NCBI GenBank assembly: GCA_023481285.1
Contig: JAMCWL010000004.1
Location: 6,115 to 70,114, forward strand
From: Actinomycetota bacterium
GTDB taxonomy: Bacteria > Actinomycetota > Aquicultoria > Aquicultorales > JAMCWL01
Length of the DNA stretch: 64,000 nt
Direction: 5' to 3'
A program made the position numbers and the translations under genes. The notes beneath the pieces are model-generated. The model was given only the letters and a program-made list of their open reading frames with translations. It did not search any database and had not been told where the DNA came from. This document shows positions 28,624 through 36,387 of this stretch, one piece after another (position 1 is the first letter of the stretch; each line of letters starts with the position of its first letter).

Positions 28624-29094
28624 GTGAGAAGCAGAGAAGAAGACGAGCGGTTCATGCGCATAGCGCTCGACGAGGCCAGCAGCGCCGCAGAAGCAGGAGA
28701 TGTTCCAGTTGGCGCCGTCGTTGTCTGCGACGGAGAAATTGTTGCGCGCGCCAAGAATGAGAGGGAGGCCCGGCAGAGCCCGGTCGCCCACGCGGAAATC
28801 ATCGCGCTCGAAGAGGCGTCTAGAAGGCTCGGTCGCTGGCGGCTTTCGGGCTGTACGATCTACGTGACCAAAGAGCCTTGCCCGATGTGCGCCGGCGCGA
28901 TTTTCCAGGCTCGAATGGACCGCCTGGTGTACGGGCCGGACGACCCAAAAGGCGGAGCCGCCGGCAGCCTTTACAACATCGTCGATGACCCTCGCCTGAA
29001 TCATCAGGCTGAAGTCATATCAGGTGTTCTCGCCGACGAAGCTGCGGCTCTACTCCGTAATTTCTTCAGGAAAAGACGAGGAGAGGAAGGTTAA
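28624..29094 (+). CDS. tadA: tRNA-specific adenosine deaminase
   Basis: HAEIIALE and PCPMCAGA zinc-binding motifs of CDA-fold TadA. Start placed at the GTG at 28624 to give a typical length of about 156 aa; the track starts at 28546. Confidence 0.9.
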   Translation: MRSREEDERFMRIALDEASSAAEAGDVPVGAVVVCDGEIVARAKNEREARQSPVAHAEIIALEEASRRLGRWRLSGCTIYVTKEPCPMCAGAIFQARMDRLVYGPDDPKGGAAGSLYNIVDDPRLNHQAEVISGVLADEAAALLRNFFRKRRGEEG

Positions 29095-29165
29095 GCCCGT
29101 CTCTGAGACGCCCTCATCGATAGTGAATATCGACAATAAATATTCTTAGACGGGACGTAATTCGC

Positions 29166-29171
29166 TATAAT
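29166..29171 (+). promoter_or_regulatory. Consensus -10 box (TATAAT) upstream of tRNA-Ser(CGA)
   Basis: TATAAT lies 15 nt upstream of the mature tRNA 5' end. The -35 is weak. Confidence 0.4.
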
Positions 29172-29185
29172 AATGCGGTGTGCCC

Positions 29186-29275
29186 GGAGGGGTGCTGGAG
29201 TGGTTGAACAGGGCGGTCTCGAAAACCGTTAAGCCCGCAAGGGCTTCGAGGGTTCGAATCCCTCTCCCTCCGCCA
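29186..29275 (+). tRNA. tRNA-Ser (anticodon CGA), CCA encoded
   Basis: Acceptor GGAGGGG/TCCCTCC, anticodon loop CTCGAAA, long variable arm, T-loop GGGTTCGAATCCC, terminal GCCA. Confidence 0.9.
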
Positions 29276-29308
29276 GTTGTTGACAAGGGCACTAAGTGTC
29301 CTCATATC

Positions 29309-29397
29309 GGAGGGATGCAGGAGCGGCTGAACTGGCACGACTGGAAATCGTGTAGGGGGCTTCAACCCCCTCGAGGGTTCGAATCCCTCTCCCTCCG
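29309..29397 (+). tRNA. tRNA-Ser (anticodon GGA)
   Basis: Acceptor GGAGGGA/TCCCTCC, anticodon stem CACGA/TCGTG with loop CTGGAAA, long variable arm, T-loop GGGTTCGAATCCC. No encoded CCA. Confidence 0.9.
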
Positions 29398-29546
29398 CAA
29401 AATGGCCCATTAAGGGCCATTTTGCGGAGCATTAGAGCATTAGACATTAGAACACTAGAGCTCATGAGGGTCTAGAGAGCTAAAAGACTTTCAATCGGGC
29501 ACCGGTTGCTCTAATGCGAATCTAATGCTCTAATGATCTAATGCTC
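29395..29546 (+). repeat. Repeat module copy 2: perfect hairpin plus inverted arms of tandem GCATTAGA-like units
   Basis: A 14-bp perfect hairpin CCGCAAAATGGCCC-ATTAA-GGGCCATTTTGCGG (29395-29427) overlaps the tRNA 3' end. Arms are GAGCATTAGAGCATTAGACATTAGAACACTAGAGC (29427-29461) and GCTCTAATGCGAATCTAATGCTCTAATGATCTAATGCTC (29508-29546). Confidence 0.7.
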
Positions 29547-29780
29547 TCCCACATTGGAACATCGTAGCGGCATGGCGATGCCTTGCCCGCGGGCAGGCCG
29601 GCGGCTCGCCCCTACTAGAACCACACAAAAGGAAATCGAGTTCCCATCAAAACAGATGGCAGGAAGATCGCGCCGCTTCCATCTGTCTTTTTGCAGAGCC
29701 TGAATGTTGGGGCCATGACCAACGGACTTATCTTGACAGATCGGGGCGATATGCGATGATTAGAGGGTATTTTTAGGTCC

Positions 29781-29874
29781 GGAGAGATGGCCGAGTGGCT
29801 GAAGGCACTCGCCTGCTAAGCGAGTAAGGGGGCTTAAACTCCCTTCGAGGGTTCGAATCCCTCTCTCTCCGCCA
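29781..29874 (+). tRNA. tRNA-Ser (anticodon GCU), CCA encoded
   Basis: Acceptor GGAGAGA/TCTCTCC, anticodon stem CTCGC/GCGAG with loop CTGCTAA, long variable arm, T-loop GGGTTCGAATCCC, terminal GCCA. Confidence 0.9.
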
Positions 29875-30380
29875 GTTGTTGACAAGGGTACTAAGTATCC
29901 TCATGTCGCAGGTGGGATTCGAACCCTCAGGGGGGCATACTCATGGGGGGAAGGATTCCCTCATGATCTGTTCTATTGAAGCAGGGCGGGCTTGGGTGCG
30001 TGATGAGATAACAGTGAGAGCGATGCCCGCGCGCCGCATTTGCTGCCGAACCGCCGCTCGCGACGTCAATCATACTGCGGCCCGCGCCGCCGCGCGCACA
30101 GGCGGTCACGCTGCCGCAACCGTCCACGTTGCCGGTCATGCCCCTCAGGCCGCCCACTACGCCGTTGCGCCGAAGCCGCAAATGTTGTTAGGGAAAGTGC
30201 GTGGCAATATCTGCACCTTCCGGAACATCTTCGTTCAATAAATAGTGTTCGCCGCCCGGTGTAATAACCCGAAAATCGCCTTCTGGTGCCTGCTGTTCAT
30301 CAAAATCCCCATTGACACCAGGTCAAATGTGGTAAATAACATGTAATACAAATTATTATAAAGTAATAAAGGAGGTGGTC

Positions 30381-30635
30381 GTGTTGGCCAGAGCTAGTAA
30401 AGTATTAACGGTATCTCTGCCCCAGGAGATGTTCAAGAAGGCAGAGAAGATTGCAAGAGAAGAAAACCGGACCAGAAGCGAGCTTTTTAGAGAAGCTTTG
30501 CGTCAGTATATTTCTACCCGTGAAAGATGGCAGAGCGTAAGAGCTCGGGGAGCAAGAACGGCAGAAGAGCTGGGCATTAGATCAGAGGAAGATATCGAGC
30601 GCTTGATTCAGGAATTTAGAAGCGAACATAAATAG
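30381..30635 (+). CDS. Ribbon-helix-helix (CopG/MetJ-type) antitoxin
   Basis: AAAGGAGG RBS. KVLTVSLPQEMFKKAEKIAREENRTRSELFREALRQYI is a typical RHH beta-strand plus two helices. The stop abuts the PIN start (TAGATG). Confidence 0.75.
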   Translation: MLARASKVLTVSLPQEMFKKAEKIAREENRTRSELFREALRQYISTRERWQSVRARGARTAEELGIRSEEDIERLIQEFRSEHK

Positions 30636-31042
30636 ATGATAAAGGTCGTTCTTGATACCAACGTCTATATTTCAGCCATTGCAATCGGCGGAAAGCCGGA
30701 AGAGATTATCGATCTGGCTCGCGAGGGTCTAGTCGAGGTCTATATCTCCAAACCCATCTTAAGAGAGATCGAAAGAATCCTTGAGACAAAATTCAAATGG
30801 TCCAAGGACGAGATCGGGGAAGCCACCTGGAGCTTGTCGCCATCACCAGACTTACCAACCCGGAGATAACCCTTTCGGTTGTCGAAGGTGAGCCCGATAA
30901 CCGTATCTTGGAATGCGCCATCCAGGCACGAGTTGACTTCCTAGTCTCTGGAGATACCAAGCATCTCCAGCCACTAAAAGAATACGAAGGGATAACGATT
31001 TTAGGCCCGGCGGCATTTCTTGATGAAATCGAAATAGATTAG
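30636..31042 (+). pseudogene. PIN-domain toxin, interrupted by a frameshift
   Basis: The N-terminal half MIKVVLDTNVYISAI...ILREIERIL (track 30636..30869) and the C-terminal half ...EPDNRILECAIQARVDFLVSGDTKHL (track 30797..31042) lie in two frames that overlap around 30800-30850. Joined, they give a PIN_3-like protein of about 135 aa. Confidence 0.65.
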
Positions 31043-31191
31043 TCTAATCGCTGCTCTTCGGAGTCCAGTGACTACATGCTTAGCTTCTCTACCTGCTGTA
31101 ATGCTGCTATAATATTGTTCGAATAGACTCCGCGGAACATCCAAGCCAAGTCTCGCGGCGAAATGCTCCCCCATGAAAGGGTCAGGCCTTC

Positions 31192-31833
31192 CTACCTCAC
31201 AGTCAGGGCCTTGCTTACATCCGCTTCGCTGAAGGGACCGCCAGAGCTCCATCCCGTGCGGTTGCGGTAGTCCATAAGCTGGCCGGTGCTGAAGTACTTG
31301 ATCTCCGGCCGGTCGAGGTTGTCGTTGTTGAAGTCGAAGCTTACCGAGCCCCCTCGCCCGATTGAGAGGCGCTTCTTCCAAAACCGCGCCAGCCAAACCC
31401 GCTTGGTGATGGTGTAATCCGACGCGCCGCCTGTCTTGACGCTGTTGAGGTCGGCAACGATGAGTTCGGCGCCACCGTCTTGGACCGCGAGGTTAAAGCG
31501 CCCCTGGTCGTCGGTCTGCTTCTCGATGATGATCTTGTCCCCGCGGACGACGAGGACGCGAGCTCCGACTACCGGGTAATATCCGACGGGATCTCTCCAT
31601 TTGACGCGGCCGGTGATGGTCCCTTCTCCGGGGAATGATCTGTAGGCGGCTAGAGCGATAGCGAACAGCGCGATGACGCCGGCGATTATGCGAACGCGCT
31701 TATCCGTGGTTTTTAAGAGCGTCCCCAGGAACTTCTTTATATCGGGCAAAAGTCTGTCCTCCATTTCAGCCCCGCAATGGGGACAGTTGACTACGCCCTC
31801 ACCGGTTTCGGAGTCACAGACCGCACACTTCAA
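31192..31833 (-). CDS. Zinc-ribbon / single-TM / beta-sandwich (carboxypeptidase-regulatory-like) protein
   Basis: 213 aa. N-terminal CAVC...CPHC ribbon, TM IIAGVIALFAIALAAY, then GTITGRVKW...ARVLVV...TDDQGRFNL typical of CarboxypepD_reg-like folds. Confidence 0.5.
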   Translation of the reverse strand: MKCAVCDSETGEGVVNCPHCGAEMEDRLLPDIKKFLGTLLKTTDKRVRIIAGVIALFAIALAAYRSFPGEGTITGRVKWRDPVGYYPVVGARVLVVRGDKIIIEKQTDDQGRFNLAVQDGGAELIVADLNSVKTGGASDYTITKRVWLARFWKKRLSIGRGGSVSFDFNNDNLDRPEIKYFSTGQLMDYRNRTGWSSGGPFSEADVSKALTVR

Positions 31834-31975
31834 GGTATCCCCAGAGATTAGCGCGCGTAAGGCGGGTTTATAGATAAAAAGTGCCAGTTACTGACCGATT
31901 AGTCAAGAGGTAGCCAGCCGATGTGGCTCTGAGCAGACAGTTCGGTTGCGGGTCAAGGCGGGCGGTCAGGAGCGG

Positions 31976-32004
31976 TTGACGCGCTTTCGTGTAGCATTTA
32001 CTAT
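31976..32004 (+). promoter_or_regulatory. Sigma-70-type promoter for tRNA-Arg
   Basis: TTGACG (31976-31981), a 17-nt spacer, then TACTAT (31999-32004), about 27 nt upstream of the tRNA. Confidence 0.45.
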
Positions 32005-32030
32005 AAAAATCTCTTTAAAAGGTGAAAAAC

Positions 32031-32104
32031 GCGCCCGTAGCTCAGCTGGATAGAGTAACGGACTACGAATCCGGTGGTCGGGGGTTCGAATCCCTCCGGG
32101 CGCG
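32031..32104 (+). tRNA. tRNA-Arg (anticodon ACG)
   Basis: Acceptor GCGCCCG/CGGGCGC, anticodon loop CTACGAA, T-loop GGGTTCGAATCCC. Followed by the hairpin GCGCAAAAAAAGG...CCCTTTTTGCGC. Confidence 0.9.
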
Positions 32105-32188
32105 CAAAAAAAGGCGTCGTAATGCCCTTTTTGCGCGCAAGCATTCGAGCAGTCGACATTCGAACATTTGAACTATGTCTCGCTCCGA

Positions 32189-32545
32189 TCAGCCCTTCCT
32201 TTTCAGCTCATCGACGACGCGCTCGATCGCGTCCAACTCGTCGAGATTTAGGTATTCAAGCTTTTTAACCAAGCGGGAATAAGTGCTCTTATCCTCTTTA
32301 ACTTGCTCGATGTCGGCGGTTGGCTTACCCGGCTGGTAGAGAAAGTATTCGGGGGGAACTCCGTAGTAACGGCAGAAGACAGCCATCTCCTCCGGCGTCA
32401 TATCGGTCTCTCCACGCTCGAGACGGGAGAGCCGGTTCTGTGACATCGGCACACCCATAGCTCTTATGTCCGAGGCTACAATCTCCTGTTTCTTGGGCTG
32501 CCTGGCTTTTCTGAGCTGAAGCCCGACCCACTCTCTGGTTGCCAT
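32189..32545 (-). CDS. XRE-family helix-turn-helix regulator
   Basis: 118 aa. VPMSQNRLSRLERGETDMTPEEMAVFCRYYGV is an HTH_3-like pattern. Confidence 0.7.
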   Translation of the reverse strand: MATREWVGLQLRKARQPKKQEIVASDIRAMGVPMSQNRLSRLERGETDMTPEEMAVFCRYYGVPPEYFLYQPGKPTADIEQVKEDKSTYSRLVKKLEYLNLDELDAIERVVDELKRKG

Positions 32546-32557
32546 AACAACAGAATA

Positions 32558-32599
32558 GCAATTTTTAAAAACACTTTCTAAAACAGTTTTAAAAATTGC
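32558..32599. promoter_or_regulatory. Perfect 13-bp inverted repeat operator candidate in a divergent promoter region
   Basis: GCAATTTTTAAAA (32558-32570) and TTTTAAAAATTGC (32587-32599), between the XRE gene and the divergent 32669 ORF. A TATAAT lies about 32620. Confidence 0.5.
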
Positions 32600-32668
32600 A
32601 ATCGCTTACTCGTTTTTGTATTATAATATTCAATACAGTAGTGCAATATTGATACTGGTATAGCGCTT

Positions 32669-32926
32669 ATGAGAAAAAAAGCGGTCAGAAAAACAGCGAA
32701 GATGCGGTTGATAGAAGAGAGATTCGGTCGTCCTGTTGAGGCCTTGCTTAGAGATCTCTACCGGACTCAGACTATGAAGCAGATAACCGAGCACCTTAAG
32801 AAATCGGGCGTAGGGGTGAGCGTCGGTACCTTGTCCATCTGGTTCTTAAAGCTGGGGATCGAAACCCGGAGATGGACCCACCCGGAAGAGTTTGAGGAGG
32901 GAGGAGCAGGTAAAAATGATCGGTAG
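32669..32926 (+). CDS. Small putative DNA-binding protein
   Basis: 85 aa. MKQITEHLKKSGVGVSVGTLSIWFLKLG looks like an HTH. Divergent from the XRE gene. Confidence 0.45.
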   Translation: MRKKAVRKTAKMRLIEERFGRPVEALLRDLYRTQTMKQITEHLKKSGVGVSVGTLSIWFLKLGIETRRWTHPEEFEEGGAGKNDR

Positions 32927-33524
32927 GCTGCATGGCGCTCTACTCAAAAGCGGGACGCTCATTCCTCCAGGGGCACTTCGCCCTTCAAGAGAGATGAGGA
33001 TGTGGAACGAGCACCTCACGATGGCCGTAAGTGTATTCTTGTCATTTATGGAGCACGGAGTAGGGCAGCTCGGGGCCGAGAGTAGCACCAGCAAATCGCT
33101 GTCAAAGGGAGAAATCGCCCTCTTTGTCGTTAATGAGTATGGTCTTGGCAAGAATGCTGACAAGATTGACGTCCTCAAGCAGCGGAGCTTGAAGGGCCTC
33201 GGTAGGGTGGACGTCAGTCGAAGTCGAAGTACGGATGATAGGCTGGCGGACATGGCTATATCACTCGAAGCTCTCCACTCAAACCGTCTCTGGCGCTGGC
33301 TCGTGGTTCAGATAGCCTCTTCTCTGCAGACAGGGGGTATCTTTATTATCAAGGAACCTTTCAGGCCGAGTTGGGTTCCATGGATCGTTCGCATCCACCC
33401 TGGCTCAACAAGGGATTTTACATGGCAAGCGTTCGTCGACCACTGCTCTGACTCAGGCCTTGAACTGATAGCCTTCCAGCGGCTCTGCTTGGCGAGAGAA
33501 GCCGTCTTCATCCGCCGGAGATAG
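32916..33524 (+). CDS. Hypothetical protein (C-terminal part faintly resembles a class I SAM-methyltransferase fold)
   Basis: ATG at 32916 follows GGAGGAGCAGG. TGGIFIIKEP...SGLELIAF resembles the post-motif region of methyltransferases, but no GxGxG motif is seen. Confidence 0.35.
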   Translation: MIGRLHGALLKSGTLIPPGALRPSREMRMWNEHLTMAVSVFLSFMEHGVGQLGAESSTSKSLSKGEIALFVVNEYGLGKNADKIDVLKQRSLKGLGRVDVSRSRSTDDRLADMAISLEALHSNRLWRWLVVQIASSLQTGGIFIIKEPFRPSWVPWIVRIHPGSTRDFTWQAFVDHCSDSGLELIAFQRLCLAREAVFIRRR

Positions 33525-33639
33525 AGACTGCTCGTTTTTTTTCGCATTTCAAAAATCCTTGTTTTGCTAGGCAGCCGGCCGATCGGCGAGTTTTTCACTC
33601 CGGGTCGACGGGGATACTCTTCCTGGTAGGAGGGATGAG

Positions 33640-34038
33640 GTGGAGTTGCCGGAAAGAGACGGGGAAGAAGAGAGGATATTGCACTCCCTTGATGAGAGCG
33701 AGTGTATGAGAGAGGGTGATACCATATACTGCCGCGAGGGCGGAAAAATCGAGACTTATCCGCTGGAAGAGGGGCGGGGATCGATAAGCGAAACGTCCGT
33801 CGTCGGCTTCATCCTTGGAGTGCTGGGGGTTCTCCTCTTGCCCCTTCCGTTCATCGGCATCTCGTCGGCCATTCTGGCCATCGTCTTCAGCGGGGTTGGA
33901 ATCTACCAATCGAGGGGCGGCATACGCCGCGGCTTCGCCATCGCCCTCTCGGGGTTCATCCTCGGGGTCATCGGCATCGTCGCATTCGTCGTTTTAATGG
34001 CCAGGATCCTCGCGCTTGGCGGTTCGAGATTGTACTAA
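33640..34038 (+). CDS. Small membrane protein (DUF4190-like, two Gly-rich TM helices)
   Basis: 132 aa. Acidic N-terminus, then VVGFILGVLGVLLLPLPFIGISSAILAIVFSGVG and FAIALSGFILGVIGIVAFVVL. Start uncertain. Confidence 0.45.
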   Translation: MELPERDGEEERILHSLDESECMREGDTIYCREGGKIETYPLEEGRGSISETSVVGFILGVLGVLLLPLPFIGISSAILAIVFSGVGIYQSRGGIRRGFAIALSGFILGVIGIVAFVVLMARILALGGSRLY

Positions 34039-34133
34039 GGTTCTTACTAAGAGCCATTTTGCACGTTGACGGGGTTAATTAAAGGTATGGACAAGCGCCA
34101 AAGCAATTAGGCGGGTGCAAACCGAAGGTTTTG

Positions 34134-34218
34134 CGGAGGGAGAGGGATTCGAACCCCCGGACCCTTGCGGGTCAACGGTTTTCAAGACCGCCGCATTCGT
34201 CCGCTCTGCCATCCCTCC
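34134..34218 (-). tRNA. tRNA-Ser (anticodon UGA)
   Basis: Minus strand: acceptor GGAGGGA/TCCCTCC, anticodon loop CTTGAAA, long variable arm, T-loop GGGTTCGAATCCC. Confidence 0.9.
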
Positions 34219-34279
34219 GAAAAAACCGGGCTCACGACGAGCCCGGCTCCTCTAATTTACCACGCCACGGCTTTGGCCG

Positions 34280-35554
34280 CTAGCCGATCACGTCCGCTCT
34301 CATATAAGGGCGAAGCACCTCCGGCACGATGACCCGGCCATCGGCCGTCTGATAGTTCTCAAGGATCGCGGCGACGGTCCGCCCGATCGCCAAACCGGAG
34401 CCGTTAAGCGTGTGGGCGAAGGCCAGCTTGCCGGTGCTCCCATCTCTGAAGCGTATATTCGCCCTTCTGGCCTGGAAGTCCTCGAAGTTCGAGCAGGACG
34501 AAATCTCCTTGTACCCTCCGAATCCAGGCAGCCAGACCTCGAGATCGTAAGTTTTGGCCGATGAGAACCCTAGGTCGCCTGTGGACAGCGCCACGACGCG
34601 ATAATGCAGGTTTAAGCGCCTTAGAACCTCCTCAGCATCTGCCGTTAGCGACTCAAGCTCTTCGTAGGAGATATCGGGTGTTACTACTTTAACGAGCTCG
34701 ACCTTGTTGAATTGGTGCTGGCGAATGATTCCCCGGGTCTCCTTGCCGTAGGCGCCCGCCTCGCTCCTGAAGCAAGGGGTGTAGGCGCAGTACTTGAGCG
34801 GCAAGACGGCCTCTTCGAGCACTTCGTCCCGGTGGATGTTTGTAACCGGCACTTCGGCTGTGGGGATAAGATAAAGATTCTCGCCTTCCACCCTAAATAG
34901 GTCGGGTCCGAATTTCGGCAACTGCCCCGTCCCATATAAGCTCTCTGCGTTTACAAGAATCGGCGGAAAAACCTCGGTATATCCATGCTCACCCGTATGC
35001 AGGTCGAGCATGAAGTTGATGAGCGCTCTCTCAAGCCTAGCGCCGAGACCGAGGTAAAGAACGAAGCGAGAGCGGGCAATCTTGGCGGCCCGCTCGAAAT
35101 CGAGTATTTCGAGCGCCGGACCGACATCCCAATGAGCCTTCGGCTCGAAATCGAATTCCGGGGCCTCACCCCAATCGCGAACGACGACGTTCGCCGATTC
35201 GTCAGGCCCGACGGGCACGCTCTCGTGAGGAACGTTCGGCATCTCCAGCATGAGAGATTCGAGCATAGCCTCGACCTCCGAGACCCTCCCGTCTATTGCT
35301 TTGATCTCCGCGCCGAGCTCCCGCATCGCGAGCACCTCGTCTTCCGCTCCATTCCCCCGTTTCTTTTTCCCGGCGATCCTCTGCGAGGTGACGTTGCGCC
35401 GGTGCTTCATCTCTTCCACCTCGGCAAGCAAGCGCCTTCTCTCCCTCTCGAGTTCGACGAACCTATCGAGATCGATCTTGGCGTTTCGGTTTGCCATCGC
35501 CGCCGCCAATTCATCAACGTGCTCGCGCGCCCATTTAATATCAAGCATCGGCAT
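34280..35554 (-). CDS. serS: Seryl-tRNA synthetase
   Basis: 424 aa. N-terminal coiled coil [10 protein letters not shown]..., class II motifs ([15 protein letters not shown]). Confidence 0.95.
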   Translation of the reverse strand: MPMLDIKWAREHVDELAAAMANRNAKIDLDRFVELERERRRLLAEVEEMKHRRNVTSQRIAGKKKRGNGAEDEVLAMRELGAEIKAIDGRVSEVEAMLESLMLEMPNVPHESVPVGPDESANVVVRDWGEAPEFDFEPKAHWDVGPALEILDFERAAKIARSRFVLYLGLGARLERALINFMLDLHTGEHGYTEVFPPILVNAESLYGTGQLPKFGPDLFRVEGENLYLIPTAEVPVTNIHRDEVLEEAVLPLKYCAYTPCFRSEAGAYGKETRGIIRQHQFNKVELVKVVTPDISYEELESLTADAEEVLRRLNLHYRVVALSTGDLGFSSAKTYDLEVWLPGFGGYKEISSCSNFEDFQARRANIRFRDGSTGKLAFAHTLNGSGLAIGRTVAAILENYQTADGRVIVPEVLRPYMRADVIG

Positions 35555-36377
35555 GGTTTGCCCTGGGATAGCTTCCCAGGACCTTGACCTCCCTTATGCG
35601 ATAGCGAAGGAACTTCAGAGCCGTCTCGACGCTTCGGTCCGTGATATGCCCCTCGATATCGATGAAGAAGCAATAATCGCCGAGCGCTTTCCGGGTCGGT
35701 CTCGACTGTATCTTCGTCAGGTTGATGTTTTCGTAAGCGAACTCATTCAATATCTGAAGGAGTGCGCCGGGATGGTCCTCTTTTATGAAGCAGACTATCG
35801 ATGTCTTGTCTTTGCCGCTAGCGGGCGGCGTCTCCTTGCCGACGATGACGAAGCGCGTCTTGTTCTCCTCGAAATCGGCGATGTCCGGGTCGATGATCGA
35901 AAGGTCGTAAAGCTCGGCGGCAAGTCCCGGTCCAATCGCCACCGAGCTGCCGTTCTCCTCGGCCACTTGTTTAACCGCCTCGGCGGTGGAGCTCGCCGCA
36001 ATGACCGGAACTCCGGCCAGCTTCTTCGCAAGGTAAAGACGGCACTGGGCGGTTGCCTGTGGGTGCGAGACGACTCTCGCTACATCCGCTAAGGCTAGCC
36101 CTCGCCTACCGATCAGGTTGTGAACTATCGGTATGACTATCTCTTTTTCAACGGAAAGGTCTGTCTCGAAGGCGAGAACATCGAGAGTGGCGTTGACGGA
36201 GCCTTCGATCGAGTTTTCGATAGGCACGATACCCTTTTCAACCTCTCCCCGCTCGACGGCGTGAAGAACGTCGGCCTCCGTCGGGTACGGAACGAGGCCT
36301 TGCTCATCAACCGAGACGGAAGCCAAAAGGGCTTCCTCTGTGAAGGTCCCCCGGGGACCCAAGAAACCTATTCGCAA
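35541..36377 (-). CDS. pheA: Prephenate dehydratase
   Basis: [15 protein letters not shown]-terminus, TRF, and a C-terminal ACT domain (ESRP motif IQSRPT). Start set at the TTG at 36377 after AGGTGG. The 3' end overlaps the serS start by 14 nt. Confidence 0.9.
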   Translation of the reverse strand: MRIGFLGPRGTFTEEALLASVSVDEQGLVPYPTEADVLHAVERGEVEKGIVPIENSIEGSVNATLDVLAFETDLSVEKEIVIPIVHNLIGRRGLALADVARVVSHPQATAQCRLYLAKKLAGVPVIAASSTAEAVKQVAEENGSSVAIGPGLAAELYDLSIIDPDIADFEENKTRFVIVGKETPPASGKDKTSIVCFIKEDHPGALLQILNEFAYENINLTKIQSRPTRKALGDYCFFIDIEGHITDRSVETALKFLRYRIREVKVLGSYPRANHADA

Positions 36378-36387
36378 GAGAGACCAC

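Noticed and set aside
29280-29308. TTGACA-N17-CATATC in the tRNA-Ser spacer as a promoter for tRNA-Ser(GGA).
   Set aside because: The putative -10 abuts the mature tRNA 5' end (29309), so transcription would start inside the tRNA. The conserved hairpin with a compensatory change fits a processing element better.
29876-30241. Plus-strand 121-aa and minus-strand 84-aa ORFs after tRNA-Ser(GCU).
   Set aside because: They are mutually overlapping ORFs in extremely GC-rich DNA with an alternative start, no RBS and a low-complexity Ala/Arg/Gly composition. Kept only as a low-interest note.
31001-31396. A 131-aa minus-strand ORF between the PIN and zinc-ribbon genes.
   Set aside because: It overlaps the better-supported 31192..31833 gene in another frame and overlaps the PIN 3' end. 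It has no motif and no RBS.
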